DNA from: a virus | Virus record (IMG/VR): IMGVR_UViG_3300045971_000409 | Coordinates: 1-64,000 of that record | Reading direction: 5' to 3' (one strand) | Length of the DNA stretch: 64,000 nt | Part shown: piece by piece, positions 55,028 through 63,076 of the stretch | Layout: the number at the start of each line of letters is the position of its first letter | Numbering within the stretch: the first letter of the stretch is position 1 | Notes under the pieces: generated by a model | Seen by the model: the letters and a program-made list of their open reading frames with translations, nothing else | Told to the model about the DNA's origin: nothing | Databases searched by the model: none | Translations under genes and position numbers: made by a program

Positions 55028-57486
55028 TTATCTGGACTACTGCTAAAACAGGAAGAGTGCGGGAGGCCATAGGTTCTGTGATAAAACAGCACCATGGTCT
55101 GCCGCACAAGATTATCTCGGACTTCACCAAGCTACCCGACTCTGAACCGGGGGATATCATCATAGCGTGTGGGACCAAGGCGGTAGAAGTGCTATCGTCT
55201 TTCCAGATATGCCCCAAGAACAGAACCGTCACTTCCATGCGGGGCAAGCCCCTAACCAATAATGGGCGGACCTTCCTCTGCACCTTTGATGCGAATATCC
55301 TGGATAAGGAGCCCGCCTTGGTGGACTCTATCAACTGGGATGCACAACTAGCCATAAGACTTCTCAAAACCGGACAGATGGAACCCATCCTGGGCAAGTA
55401 TACCTGGGTGGATGATTTTCTTGACGTGATCCTTTACGTTGAGCAGCAGTATGCCAAGACTCGGAAACCAGTACCAGTGGCCCTTGACCTTGAGACTATG
55501 GGCCTGGATTACATGAACAGTTCCAAGAGGATAGTTTCGATAGCTTTTACGGCGAGACCCAAAACGTCCCAACTGTTGTACCTGGATTTATCCGGCAAGC
55601 CCTCCCCCGAAGTCCTCCGACAGATCGAGTGGCTCATAACCAGTCCGCTGGTAACGCTTCGCGGGGCCAACCTTAAATACGATAGTCTCTGGATACAGTC
55701 CAAATGGGGCATACGCATAGAGAATTTCTGGTTTGACACCACCCTGGTCGGCTCCCTGCTCAACGAGAATCGTAGCAACAGTCTGAATAACCACACCAAG
55801 ATATATGTTACTGAGCTGGGGGGCTATGATGATGCCTTCAGCTTGAAATATGATAAAGCTCACATGGAACTGGTGCCCAAGGACGACCTGCTCACCTACG
55901 CTGGGGGGGATACTGATGCTTGTTTGCGGGTTTCTGAGGCGTTACGGGAAGAGCTAGTGGAAGACCCCAAGCTGGCCAACTTCTACCAGAAGTGTCTTCA
56001 CCCTGCGGCACGTGCTTTTGAGGATTTGGAGCTGGAAGGGGTACTGGCCGACTATGACTACTACATGCACCCGGAAATTGTGTACAAGAAGAATGAAAAT
56101 GGTCATATCAAATACGACAAGAACGGGCTGCCGGACATTGAAAAGGGATTGGATAAACTGCTGGACAAGACCATCCAAGACCTTACGGATACCTTGCTCG
56201 GACTCATACCGGCCAAGATACGCTACAAATACGCGGACAAGTTAAAGCTCGGTACCAAAGGGGTATTGCAAGACTACTTCTTCTCCCCGCTCGGGTTCAA
56301 CCTCAAGCCCCTGATACTAACGGACAAAACCAAACAGCCTTCCACAGCGATGAAGCATCTTCTCCAATTCGATGAAGTACCAGAAGTCAAGAACTTCGTC
56401 ACCATCCTCAAGCGATTGAATTCAGCCACCAAAACCAAGACCACATACATTACGGGCTTCTTCAAGTTCCTGCGGGAAGACGGCAGATTCCATGGCTCAT
56501 ACATTCTGCATAAGGGTGGCGTTGAAGGCGGAGACAACGATCAGGAAGCAGGGACCGATACTGGACGTTCCAGTTGCAAGGACCCGGCCCTGCAAACGGT
56601 ACCCAAGCATACCATCTGGGCCAAGAAACTGCGGCGAGGATTCATAGCCCCTGAGGACTGTATTATCGTCAACATCGACTACTCCCAGGGGGAGTTGAAG
56701 ATTGCGGCGTGTCTCGCCAACGAGACCACCATGATTCAGGCGTACCTCAATGGCATCGACCTGCATCTGGTTACCGGGGGACGGGCTTCGGGCTCCACAC
56801 TGGAAGACCTGCTGGCCATGAAGAAATACGCGGATGAGAATCCCGACAGTGATGAGGCTGCTCTCTTCGCGGAGATACGCCAAAAGGGCAAGGCTGGTAA
56901 CTTCGGCTTCATCTATGGGATGGGACCGGAGGGGTTCATGTCCTACGCCAAGTATAATTACGGGGTGATATTCTCCCTGCAAGAGGCGGTAGATTTTCGT
57001 AATGGCTATTTCGCCACCTACCCTCGACTCCTGGAGTGGCATAAAGAGTGCAAGGCTATTGCCAAGCGGGATGGGCAAATACGTTCTCCCCTGGGCCGAC
57101 TACGCCATGTACCTCACATCTACTCTCCCGACCAGGGGGTACGGTCTCTGGCGGAAAGACAGTCGGTAAACTCCCCGGTACAGGGGACCTTGTCGGACAT
57201 GGCTTCTATGGCTCTAGGCATATTCAAAGAGCAATACGGTAGGCCCGCCAATTGTCGCCCCTTCCTCATGACCCATGACGCCAATACCTTTTACATGCAC
57301 AAGAGTGAAGCAGGCGTCTGGATTCCTCGGGTCGTAGATATCATGGAAAATCTGCCGTTGGAGGAGAATTTCGGTTGGCGGGCGCAGCTTAAATTCACGG
57401 TAGATGTGGAAACCGGATTGAACATGGCGGAGCTTAAAAAATACCCTCACAAATACAATCCACCCCCACAAGGAATTATACTGTGA
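55006..57486 (+). CDS. polA: Family A DNA polymerase with 3'-5' exonuclease and a degenerate UDG-like N-terminus
   Basis: Exo 'LDLET', 'NLKYD', 'YAGGD'; motif A 'DYSQGEL', motif B 'RQKGKAGNFGFIYG', motif C 'THDA'. Confidence 0.93.
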   Translation: MGPPAMLIIWTTAKTGRVREAIGSVIKQHHGLPHKIISDFTKLPDSEPGDIIIACGTKAVEVLSSFQICPKNRTVTSMRGKPLTNNGRTFLCTFDANILDKEPALVDSINWDAQLAIRLLKTGQMEPILGKYTWVDDFLDVILYVEQQYAKTRKPVPVALDLETMGLDYMNSSKRIVSIAFTARPKTSQLLYLDLSGKPSPEVLRQIEWLITSPLVTLRGANLKYDSLWIQSKWGIRIENFWFDTTLVGSLLNENRSNSLNNHTKIYVTELGGYDDAFSLKYDKAHMELVPKDDLLTYAGGDTDACLRVSEALREELVEDPKLANFYQKCLHPAARAFEDLELEGVLADYDYYMHPEIVYKKNENGHIKYDKNGLPDIEKGLDKLLDKTIQDLTDTLLGLIPAKIRYKYADKLKLGTKGVLQDYFFSPLGFNLKPLILTDKTKQPSTAMKHLLQFDEVPEVKNFVTILKRLNSATKTKTTYITGFFKFLREDGRFHGSYILHKGGVEGGDNDQEAGTDTGRSSCKDPALQTVPKHTIWAKKLRRGFIAPEDCIIVNIDYSQGELKIAACLANETTMIQAYLNGIDLHLVTGGRASGSTLEDLLAMKKYADENPDSDEAALFAEIRQKGKAGNFGFIYGMGPEGFMSYAKYNYGVIFSLQEAVDFRNGYFATYPRLLEWHKECKAIAKRDGQIRSPLGRLRHVPHIYSPDQGVRSLAERQSVNSPVQGTLSDMASMALGIFKEQYGRPANCRPFLMTHDANTFYMHKSEAGVWIPRVVDIMENLPLEENFGWRAQLKFTVDVETGLNMAELKKYPHKYNPPPQGIIL

Positions 57487-57660
57487 ACCATCCATATTTC
57501 AGTTCTACCAAGATGGAACTCCTCAACCTATACCCTACCCTCACCCCTTTTATTCAAAAAGGCCCAAAAAGGATTATAACCGGAGCATTTTCTCGAAAAA
57601 AGTAGCATTTCTCCGGCCCCTCTGCTATGGTTTGACAAACACACTTAGGAGGTACTACCC

Positions 57661-59223
57661 ATGGCAGAACCAACCCCATTGAAAGGAAAACTAACCGCCA
57701 TCAAAAAGCCCCCGGTTAGTGGCTCGGTAGTACCCCAAAACTCTTCGTTTATCGAGGATAGTTTTGCTCAGTTCTACCTATCGGCGGGTAGTTCTTATGG
57801 GGTGCTACAGCCCCCCTACGACTACAACGATCTGGCTTCCCGAGCAGAGGAAAACAATACCCTACCTCAGTGCATTGAGGCCATGGAAGTAAACATTGAT
57901 GGTACGGGACACGTCATTGAGGACCCAGCGAAAACCAATTCAGCCACCGACCCCACCGCCATAAAACTGAGTGACTTTTTCAAAGAGCCTTATCCGGGGG
58001 AGACTACGGTAGCCATTCGTCGCAGGCTACGTAATGACCTGGAAAAAATGGGGGGTGGGTACTTGGAGATTCTGCGGACCATAACGGGAGATTTGGTGGG
58101 CTTCCGGCGCGTGGACCCCACCCTCATGAGGCTGGTACGTCTGGACCCCGCGGTACCTGTAAAAAAGACTCTACGCCGGGGAGGGGCAGATGTTGAATTT
58201 ACCATGTATGTCCGAGACCGTCGTTTTGTGCAGATACTCAACGGCACCAACCTCACTTATTTTGCGGAGTATGGGTCCTCTCGGGACCTAGACAAAACGA
58301 CAGGACTATGGGCACCCCAGGGTACAACCCTGCCAGCCGACAAGCGGGCCACGGAAATGCTCTACTTCCCCTGCAAAGTCACCCACAAAAGCCCCTATGG
58401 TATCCCCCGATGGATACCCCAAGCCCCTTCGGTAGTCGGCTCGCGCAAGGCCGAGGAATTCAATCTGGAGTTCTTCAACAATGGTGGCGTGCCTCCCTTC
58501 ATCGTGTTCCTCTCCGGCGGACAGCTTCTTGACGAATCCCGCAAGGCCATGGAAGGTATGCTCAATGGGGCAGCAAAAAAGAAACAACGAGCCTTTATCT
58601 TCGAGATTGCCCCCACCGGAGGTTCCCTTACTGACGCAGCCCGAGCTGATGTTAAGGTAGAACGCTTTGGCGGCGAGCGTACCCAGGATGCCATGTTTCT
58701 CAAGTATGATGCCAACTGCGAGTCCCATGTTCGCAGTGGTTATAGGTTACCCCCACTCTTCATCGGCAAGGCTGAGGACTACTCCTACGCCTCTGCCTAC
58801 GCATCCTACATGGTAGCTGAGGCCCAAGTATTCAGCCCTGAGCGCATTGCTTTCGATGATCGTATCAATGCCACCCTAATGCGGGAACTGGACCCCACCG
58901 GGAAGTATCTTTTCCGTTCCAAGTCCATCACTGTCATTGATATCCAGAACAAGCTCAAGGCAATTGAGGTGGCCACTCCCAACATGGACGGACGGGACGT
59001 GATTGATGCCATCAACGAAGCAACCTCTATGGACTTGAAGTACACCAAGCCCAAGGAGCCCATCATTCCCAAAGGTGGAGCTAATCCTTTGGACCCCAAT
59101 GCCCCACCCACACAAAATCCTATCACGGCAGACGGCGGGACGGATTCCAATACCGAGGGGAAGCCCCGTCCAGTAGTGGGTAAACCGACAGACGATAAGA
59201 AACTGAAACCCGCGGGGCACTAA
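57661..59223 (+). CDS. Portal protein (PBSX-like family)
   Basis: 'QPPYD', 'GGGYLEI.R', 'PYGIPRW', 'FFNNGGVP', 'LPPLFIG...YSYASA'. Confidence 0.85.
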   Translation: MAEPTPLKGKLTAIKKPPVSGSVVPQNSSFIEDSFAQFYLSAGSSYGVLQPPYDYNDLASRAEENNTLPQCIEAMEVNIDGTGHVIEDPAKTNSATDPTAIKLSDFFKEPYPGETTVAIRRRLRNDLEKMGGGYLEILRTITGDLVGFRRVDPTLMRLVRLDPAVPVKKTLRRGGADVEFTMYVRDRRFVQILNGTNLTYFAEYGSSRDLDKTTGLWAPQGTTLPADKRATEMLYFPCKVTHKSPYGIPRWIPQAPSVVGSRKAEEFNLEFFNNGGVPPFIVFLSGGQLLDESRKAMEGMLNGAAKKKQRAFIFEIAPTGGSLTDAARADVKVERFGGERTQDAMFLKYDANCESHVRSGYRLPPLFIGKAEDYSYASAYASYMVAEAQVFSPERIAFDDRINATLMRELDPTGKYLFRSKSITVIDIQNKLKAIEVATPNMDGRDVIDAINEATSMDLKYTKPKEPIIPKGGANPLDPNAPPTQNPITADGGTDSNTEGKPRPVVGKPTDDKKLKPAGH

Positions 59224-59274
59224 GTTCCACAGTCGGCATGACGTTTTACGTCACCGAGGCAGGAGTATGATTGA

Positions 59275-59820
59275 ATGAAGATTATGGGTATCGACACGGG
59301 TAAAACCTCTGGGGTATGCGTAGTAGAGTGTACCCAAATGAATAAGCCGGAACTGCTCATGGCGGGGGTAATCAAAGCCCCCGCCAAACTCAAACGATTT
59401 GCCCGGTTTGTCCGTCAGGTAGAGCAGATTGCGGAGGCAATACACGAACACAAACCAGACCAGATTTGGATAGAGGGATATGCTGTAAAATTCCGTGGGG
59501 CGGCTATCAACCTCATTGAGTATGGTGGGGTTCTTCGGTATGAATTGCACATGGCCGACATTTCCTGGCAGGAAGTGGCCCCCACTTCTGCCAAGCTCTT
59601 CGCGGCCGCCTACGGAAAGGCTACTAAAGAGCAACTGGCCGAGGCTATCAAAGGCACATGGGGCCTTGAGCATCCCGACTACAACGTAACGGACTCCATA
59701 GGAATAGCCCTATTTGGGCTGGCAGTGCATGGCAGGCTCATCAATTCGGCGGCCCAAATGTCACCTGTCTACACCTGGATGGAAAAGAATTCTGCGACAC
59801 TTAACGGAGTAACTATCTGA
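59275..59820 (+). CDS. ruvC: RuvC-like Holliday junction resolvase
   Basis: 'IMGIDTG', 'IWIEGY', 'GKATKEQ', 'NVTDSIGIA'. Confidence 0.85.
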   Translation: MKIMGIDTGKTSGVCVVECTQMNKPELLMAGVIKAPAKLKRFARFVRQVEQIAEAIHEHKPDQIWIEGYAVKFRGAAINLIEYGGVLRYELHMADISWQEVAPTSAKLFAAAYGKATKEQLAEAIKGTWGLEHPDYNVTDSIGIALFGLAVHGRLINSAAQMSPVYTWMEKNSATLNGVTI

Positions 59821-59826
59821 TTTAAT

Positions 59827-59855
59827 TTGCGATTTAATCCAGTACCCTATATACT
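59827..59855 (+). promoter_or_regulatory. Sigma70-like promoter (TTGC class)
   Basis: TTGCGA-17-TATACT. Confidence 0.7.
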
Positions 59856-59901
59856 ATAACCATATCAACCACCACAACAGCACAATACAAGGAGGTACAC
59901 C

Positions 59902-60033
59902 ATGGATGCGTCACAAGGAATGAAAAGATGGTATGATTTTCTAAAAAGCCGCAGTAAAACCACAAAGACCTTCACCCTCAACGATATTATGATTTGGGAA
60001 AAGGAGGTACACAATGACAGCACTACCGATTGA
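59902..60033 (+). CDS. Small early protein (43 aa), absent from the ORF track
   Basis: AAGGAGGT RBS behind a promoter; MDASQGMKRWYDFLKSRSKTT... Confidence 0.6.
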   Translation: MDASQGMKRWYDFLKSRSKTTKTFTLNDIMIWEKEVHNDSTTD

Positions 60034-60337
60034 CAGGTGGAAAAAATGGGAAGCCGCATCTAATGTAAAAGAGATACTCACTGAGCGCGGAATAGAACCC
60101 AACCCCAACTATGTAGAGACAATATACCCCCACCAAAGACAAAAACAGAGGCAGGAATTCAAGAGAAAGAATGAAAAACTTGTACCTTTCGACCAACTTG
60201 ATTTTCCCAGTCAGTGCATGTCCGTATTCCTTATATTTGGTAATATATTGTGGGCAATTATCACAGGGGTGGCGCTAGTCCTTTCTGTTGTTGTCCTATT
60301 ATTTATGGGGGGCGGCGGCGGGGGAAGGCATGAGTGA
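60014..60337 (+). CDS. Hypothetical membrane protein
   Basis: AAGGAGGT RBS; C-terminal hydrophobic segment. Confidence 0.65.
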   Translation: MTALPIDRWKKWEAASNVKEILTERGIEPNPNYVETIYPHQRQKQRQEFKRKNEKLVPFDQLDFPSQCMSVFLIFGNILWAIITGVALVLSVVVLLFMGGGGGGRHE

Positions 60338-60989
60338 ACAACCGGATTGCGTAATAGGAAGGCACAACACTGATCTAACCGGGCTCCGATGGCCCAAGCG
60401 TATCATTGGTCGATCTCGTCTGCATAAGTGCTACACTCTCCGGGGCATGACCCATTGGATTTTCGCCTGGGATGAGAAGGACGCTATTGCCCTGATGGTT
60501 CACTTTAAATTGGTGACAGACCCCAAGTATGTGACCAAAGTTCGCAACTACTGGGACAGTAACACCAAGATGCCTGAACTCTACGACTCCACCAAACTCA
60601 TCGCTAAACTCGGGGTGCGGGGCATGGGGGAGCCTATAGCCACGCCTGATGGGGAATCCTTTTGGCGACTTACGGATTTTGTGGATGGCAGGGAACATGA
60701 CATGCTGCCCAACCTACTCGAAGAGGGGGCATTTAGTTACCTGTACCAGCCCAAGTCTGAACAGCCCAAAGTACCCAAAGAAATCCCCACTGGAGTTGAA
60801 GAACTGGCCAAGAAGTTCATGACGTACCTACAGCGGGAAAAGCCAAAGCTAATGGTAGAAGAAATGGAAGAGCTGTGGAAGGTGTACCAGGAGGGGGCTT
60901 ATGGCGGCTTGAGTATGCCTCCGGTACCACGGGACCGCTTCAAAAGACACTACCGCAAATATCTGAGCGAGAAAAAGAAACAAGATTAA
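60330..60989 (+). CDS. Hypothetical protein
   Basis: Overlapping start; ORF track. Confidence 0.65.
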   Translation: MSEQPDCVIGRHNTDLTGLRWPKRIIGRSRLHKCYTLRGMTHWIFAWDEKDAIALMVHFKLVTDPKYVTKVRNYWDSNTKMPELYDSTKLIAKLGVRGMGEPIATPDGESFWRLTDFVDGREHDMLPNLLEEGAFSYLYQPKSEQPKVPKEIPTGVEELAKKFMTYLQREKPKLMVEEMEELWKVYQEGAYGGLSMPPVPRDRFKRHYRKYLSEKKKQD

Positions 60990-61003
60990 GCACTTACGTT
61001 TTG

Positions 61004-61018
61004 TGCAATTAACTGCAC
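61004..61018 (+). repeat. Dispersed motif, copy 12 (intergenic)
   Basis: ttgTGCAATTAACTGCACaa. Confidence 0.9.
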
Positions 61019-61043
61019 AAGATTCATTTTCAAAGCATTTCAC

Positions 61044-61072
61044 TTGCGTACTTTCGCGGACCCCACTATACT
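61044..61072 (+). promoter_or_regulatory. Sigma70-like promoter (TTGC class)
   Basis: TTGCGT-17-TATACT, continuing TACACTATA. Confidence 0.7.
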
Positions 61073-61106
61073 TACACTATATCATCCACACACAAGGAGG
61101 TACCCA

Positions 61107-61388
61107 ATGATTATCAAGCGGGCTTTGCAGGTAGCGGAAGAATCAGAGAACAGAACAGTAAAGGCCCTGGCGGCTGAGGTAATCAGTTTGCGGGAATTGG
61201 TGACTGACTTCAATCAGCACATGATCGTTATGCAGGCGGACTGCGAAAAGTATCTGGTACCCGATAGCGGTTGCAGCATAGAATGGCTGACCAATCGCAC
61301 CATCTGGAATCTGGACGGCCCGGTACAGCGTACTCTGCAAGAGAGGGCCAAACACGCGGAAACAGGGCTCTCCGACCCAAGACCCTAA
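61107..61388 (+). CDS. Hypothetical protein
   Basis: AAGGAGGT RBS. Confidence 0.65.
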   Translation: MIIKRALQVAEESENRTVKALAAEVISLRELVTDFNQHMIVMQADCEKYLVPDSGCSIEWLTNRTIWNLDGPVQRTLQERAKHAETGLSDPRP

Positions 61389-61403
61389 TTTACAAGGTTT
61401 TTC

Positions 61404-61432
61404 TTGACAAAACTACAGGTATCACATATAAT
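61404..61432 (+). promoter_or_regulatory. Consensus sigma70 promoter
   Basis: TTGACA-17-TATAAT. Confidence 0.9.
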
Positions 61433-61507
61433 CAACTCATAAATAATTCTTGCTGGCCATCCAGCGAGACCCCCCCAGGGGGGCACACTACACGGAGGTA
61501 TCACATC

Positions 61508-61942
61508 ATGGCAATCGTCAAAGGCAAAACCACCCCGGCTACGGCCACCATCGAAGTTCCCGTTCACGACACCACCCAGGTCACCGGACCTGCCGACACC
61601 CCCGAGCCCACCCCGGCTCCGGTTGAGACCCCGGCCCCTGCGGCCATCGTCGCCCCCGCTACCCCGGCTGGCCCGTCCAGCGGCGAACTGCGGACGGCCT
61701 TCATCGCTCTGGTCTTCGGGGCCAACGGCTACAAGTTCTCCCCGCCCGCCGAGCGCCCGGCCATCATGGAGCAGGCTATCGCGGCCCGCGTAGCCTACGA
61801 AGCTCACCCCCACCACCGCAAGGACATCCTGGCCAAGATGGACCGCAACCTCGCCAACATCGACCGGGGTGCCAAGTCCTACCAGGAAGCGGCCCCTGTG
61901 GTTGAGGCCACCGACCCCGAGCCCATTGCGGCCGTCGGGTAA
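61508..61942 (+). CDS. Hypothetical protein, probably highly expressed
   Basis: Consensus promoter, GGAGGT RBS, C-rich third codon positions, downstream hairpin. Confidence 0.75.
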   Translation: MAIVKGKTTPATATIEVPVHDTTQVTGPADTPEPTPAPVETPAPAAIVAPATPAGPSSGELRTAFIALVFGANGYKFSPPAERPAIMEQAIAARVAYEAHPHHRKDILAKMDRNLANIDRGAKSYQEAAPVVEATDPEPIAAVG

Positions 61943-61951
61943 CACCCCCAA

Positions 61952-61984
61952 GGGGGCTGGGCTTCGGCCTAGCCCCCCACTTCA
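61952..61984 (+). terminator. UUCG hairpin, probable terminator
   Basis: GGGGGCTGGGC-TTCG-GCCTAGCCCCC; weak T tract. Confidence 0.55.
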
Positions 61985-62002
61985 CGTTCGAGGAGAATTA
62001 TC

Positions 62003-62275
62003 GTGGCCAATCCCAATGAAAAGATGTGTGTGAAATGCCCTATGCAGGACTACTCTCTCGGTATTGAACTGGGGAAGCGTAATCCTGATGGAACCGGCCC
62101 CAAACTGCGCGGGAAGCGGTACACCAAGTACATCACGGACGCAGAGAAGTGCCCCAAGTGCGATAGTAAACTGGTACCGTGGAAGCACGCCTCACCCTAC
62201 AACCCCACGGCCCAAGAGCCCCGCCCCACGACAGCCAAAGAACCGGACGCCCTGATCGACCAACTGGTAGATTAA
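62003..62275 (+). CDS. Hypothetical Zn-ribbon protein
   Basis: GAGGAG RBS; CVKC...CPKC. Confidence 0.6.
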   Translation: MANPNEKMCVKCPMQDYSLGIELGKRNPDGTGPKLRGKRYTKYITDAEKCPKCDSKLVPWKHASPYNPTAQEPRPTTAKEPDALIDQLVD

Positions 62276-62304
62276 TCTGCCACACTACAAGGAGGTATCA
62301 CGTT

Positions 62305-62817
62305 ATGCCAATCGTCAATATCACAGCCGCAGTGACTGGGAAAGGCCATCCTGCTTTATGGGAAGAGGGTGGATCAGCAGGCCAGTCAGGTTTCGCTCAG
62401 ATTATCAGCGGGCAGGACGGTAACAAACTGGCCCCCATCTTCGTAAAGAACTCGGGTCATAGGTCTTGCGCCGAGCATGCCCTCATCCCGGTAGCCAATA
62501 ACTACTACGTGGTACGAGTGATGCGAGTCCGCGGGTCTATTACCGTGGAAGTGATGAAAGTCCTACGTATCTACAAGGAAGTCACTGGCACCAAGCTGGC
62601 CATGAATCTCTTTGCGCGGACCAGTGCCCCGGAAACTGATGACCTCAGCGAGTGGGCGGAGTCCTTCTCCCACCAAGTACCCAAAGCTATCAAGGCCGCT
62701 ATCGCCAAATCGTTCGAGCATCATTGTCGGGAGCCGCGGTACACCAAGGATTTCATATCTGCGGCCGACTACGAGACTACGGAGGTTATCAATGGCGTAT
62801 CAGACCAACATCCTTAA
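62305..62817 (+). CDS. Hypothetical protein
   Basis: AAGGAGGT RBS; 'PALWEEGG..QSGFAQII', 'HHCREPRY'. Confidence 0.7.
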   Translation: MPIVNITAAVTGKGHPALWEEGGSAGQSGFAQIISGQDGNKLAPIFVKNSGHRSCAEHALIPVANNYYVVRVMRVRGSITVEVMKVLRIYKEVTGTKLAMNLFARTSAPETDDLSEWAESFSHQVPKAIKAAIAKSFEHHCREPRYTKDFISAADYETTEVINGVSDQHP

Positions 62818-63076
62818 CGGAGCAATAGCTACGGAGTCGGGACTTATTGTTGGCAAACACTACGAGGATTGTGTATTATGCCGGTCACCGCTGTCTTCTG
62901 ACGGGTGCTCCAATCCCAAGTGCTTTCAGTCCCGCCCCACCTACCCGCTACAAGAAGCCATGCGGAAAGTAGCAGCCACCAAAGACTTAAAGGGGGAACG
63001 TCGTGGGACAAGCCAAACGCAGGCCCAACCGGGTACAGGAAGCGATAGCCCGCCAGGAAGCCCAGGACCGAGCTGA
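62792..63076 (+). CDS. Hypothetical Zn-finger protein
   Basis: GGAGG RBS; CVLC...CSNPKC. Confidence 0.5.
   Translation: MAYQTNILNGAIATESGLIVGKHYEDCVLCRSPLSSDGCSNPKCFQSRPTYPLQEAMRKVAATKDLKGERRGTSQTQAQPGTGSDSPPGSPGPS

Larger units (their letters stand above)
29578..62297 (+). promoter_or_regulatory. Family of CsrA-type RBS hairpins TAC-ANGGAG-GTA in the early region (span of the family, not one element)
   Basis: Exact copies start at 29578, 36540, 39072, 45835, 48114, 51603, 52665, 53562, 59886, 61489 and 62286; variants at 30953, 35548, 42379 and 61092. Confidence 0.7.

Noticed and set aside
57632-57660. TTGACA before the portal gene as a sigma70 promoter
   Set aside because: There is no -10 hexamer at 16-18 bp spacing; that position falls in the RBS/start region.
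1876-61018. Dispersed palindrome as a CRISPR repeat or transposon end
   Set aside because: The copies are kilobases apart, only 15-24 bp long, often in-frame within genes, and show no target duplications or transposase.
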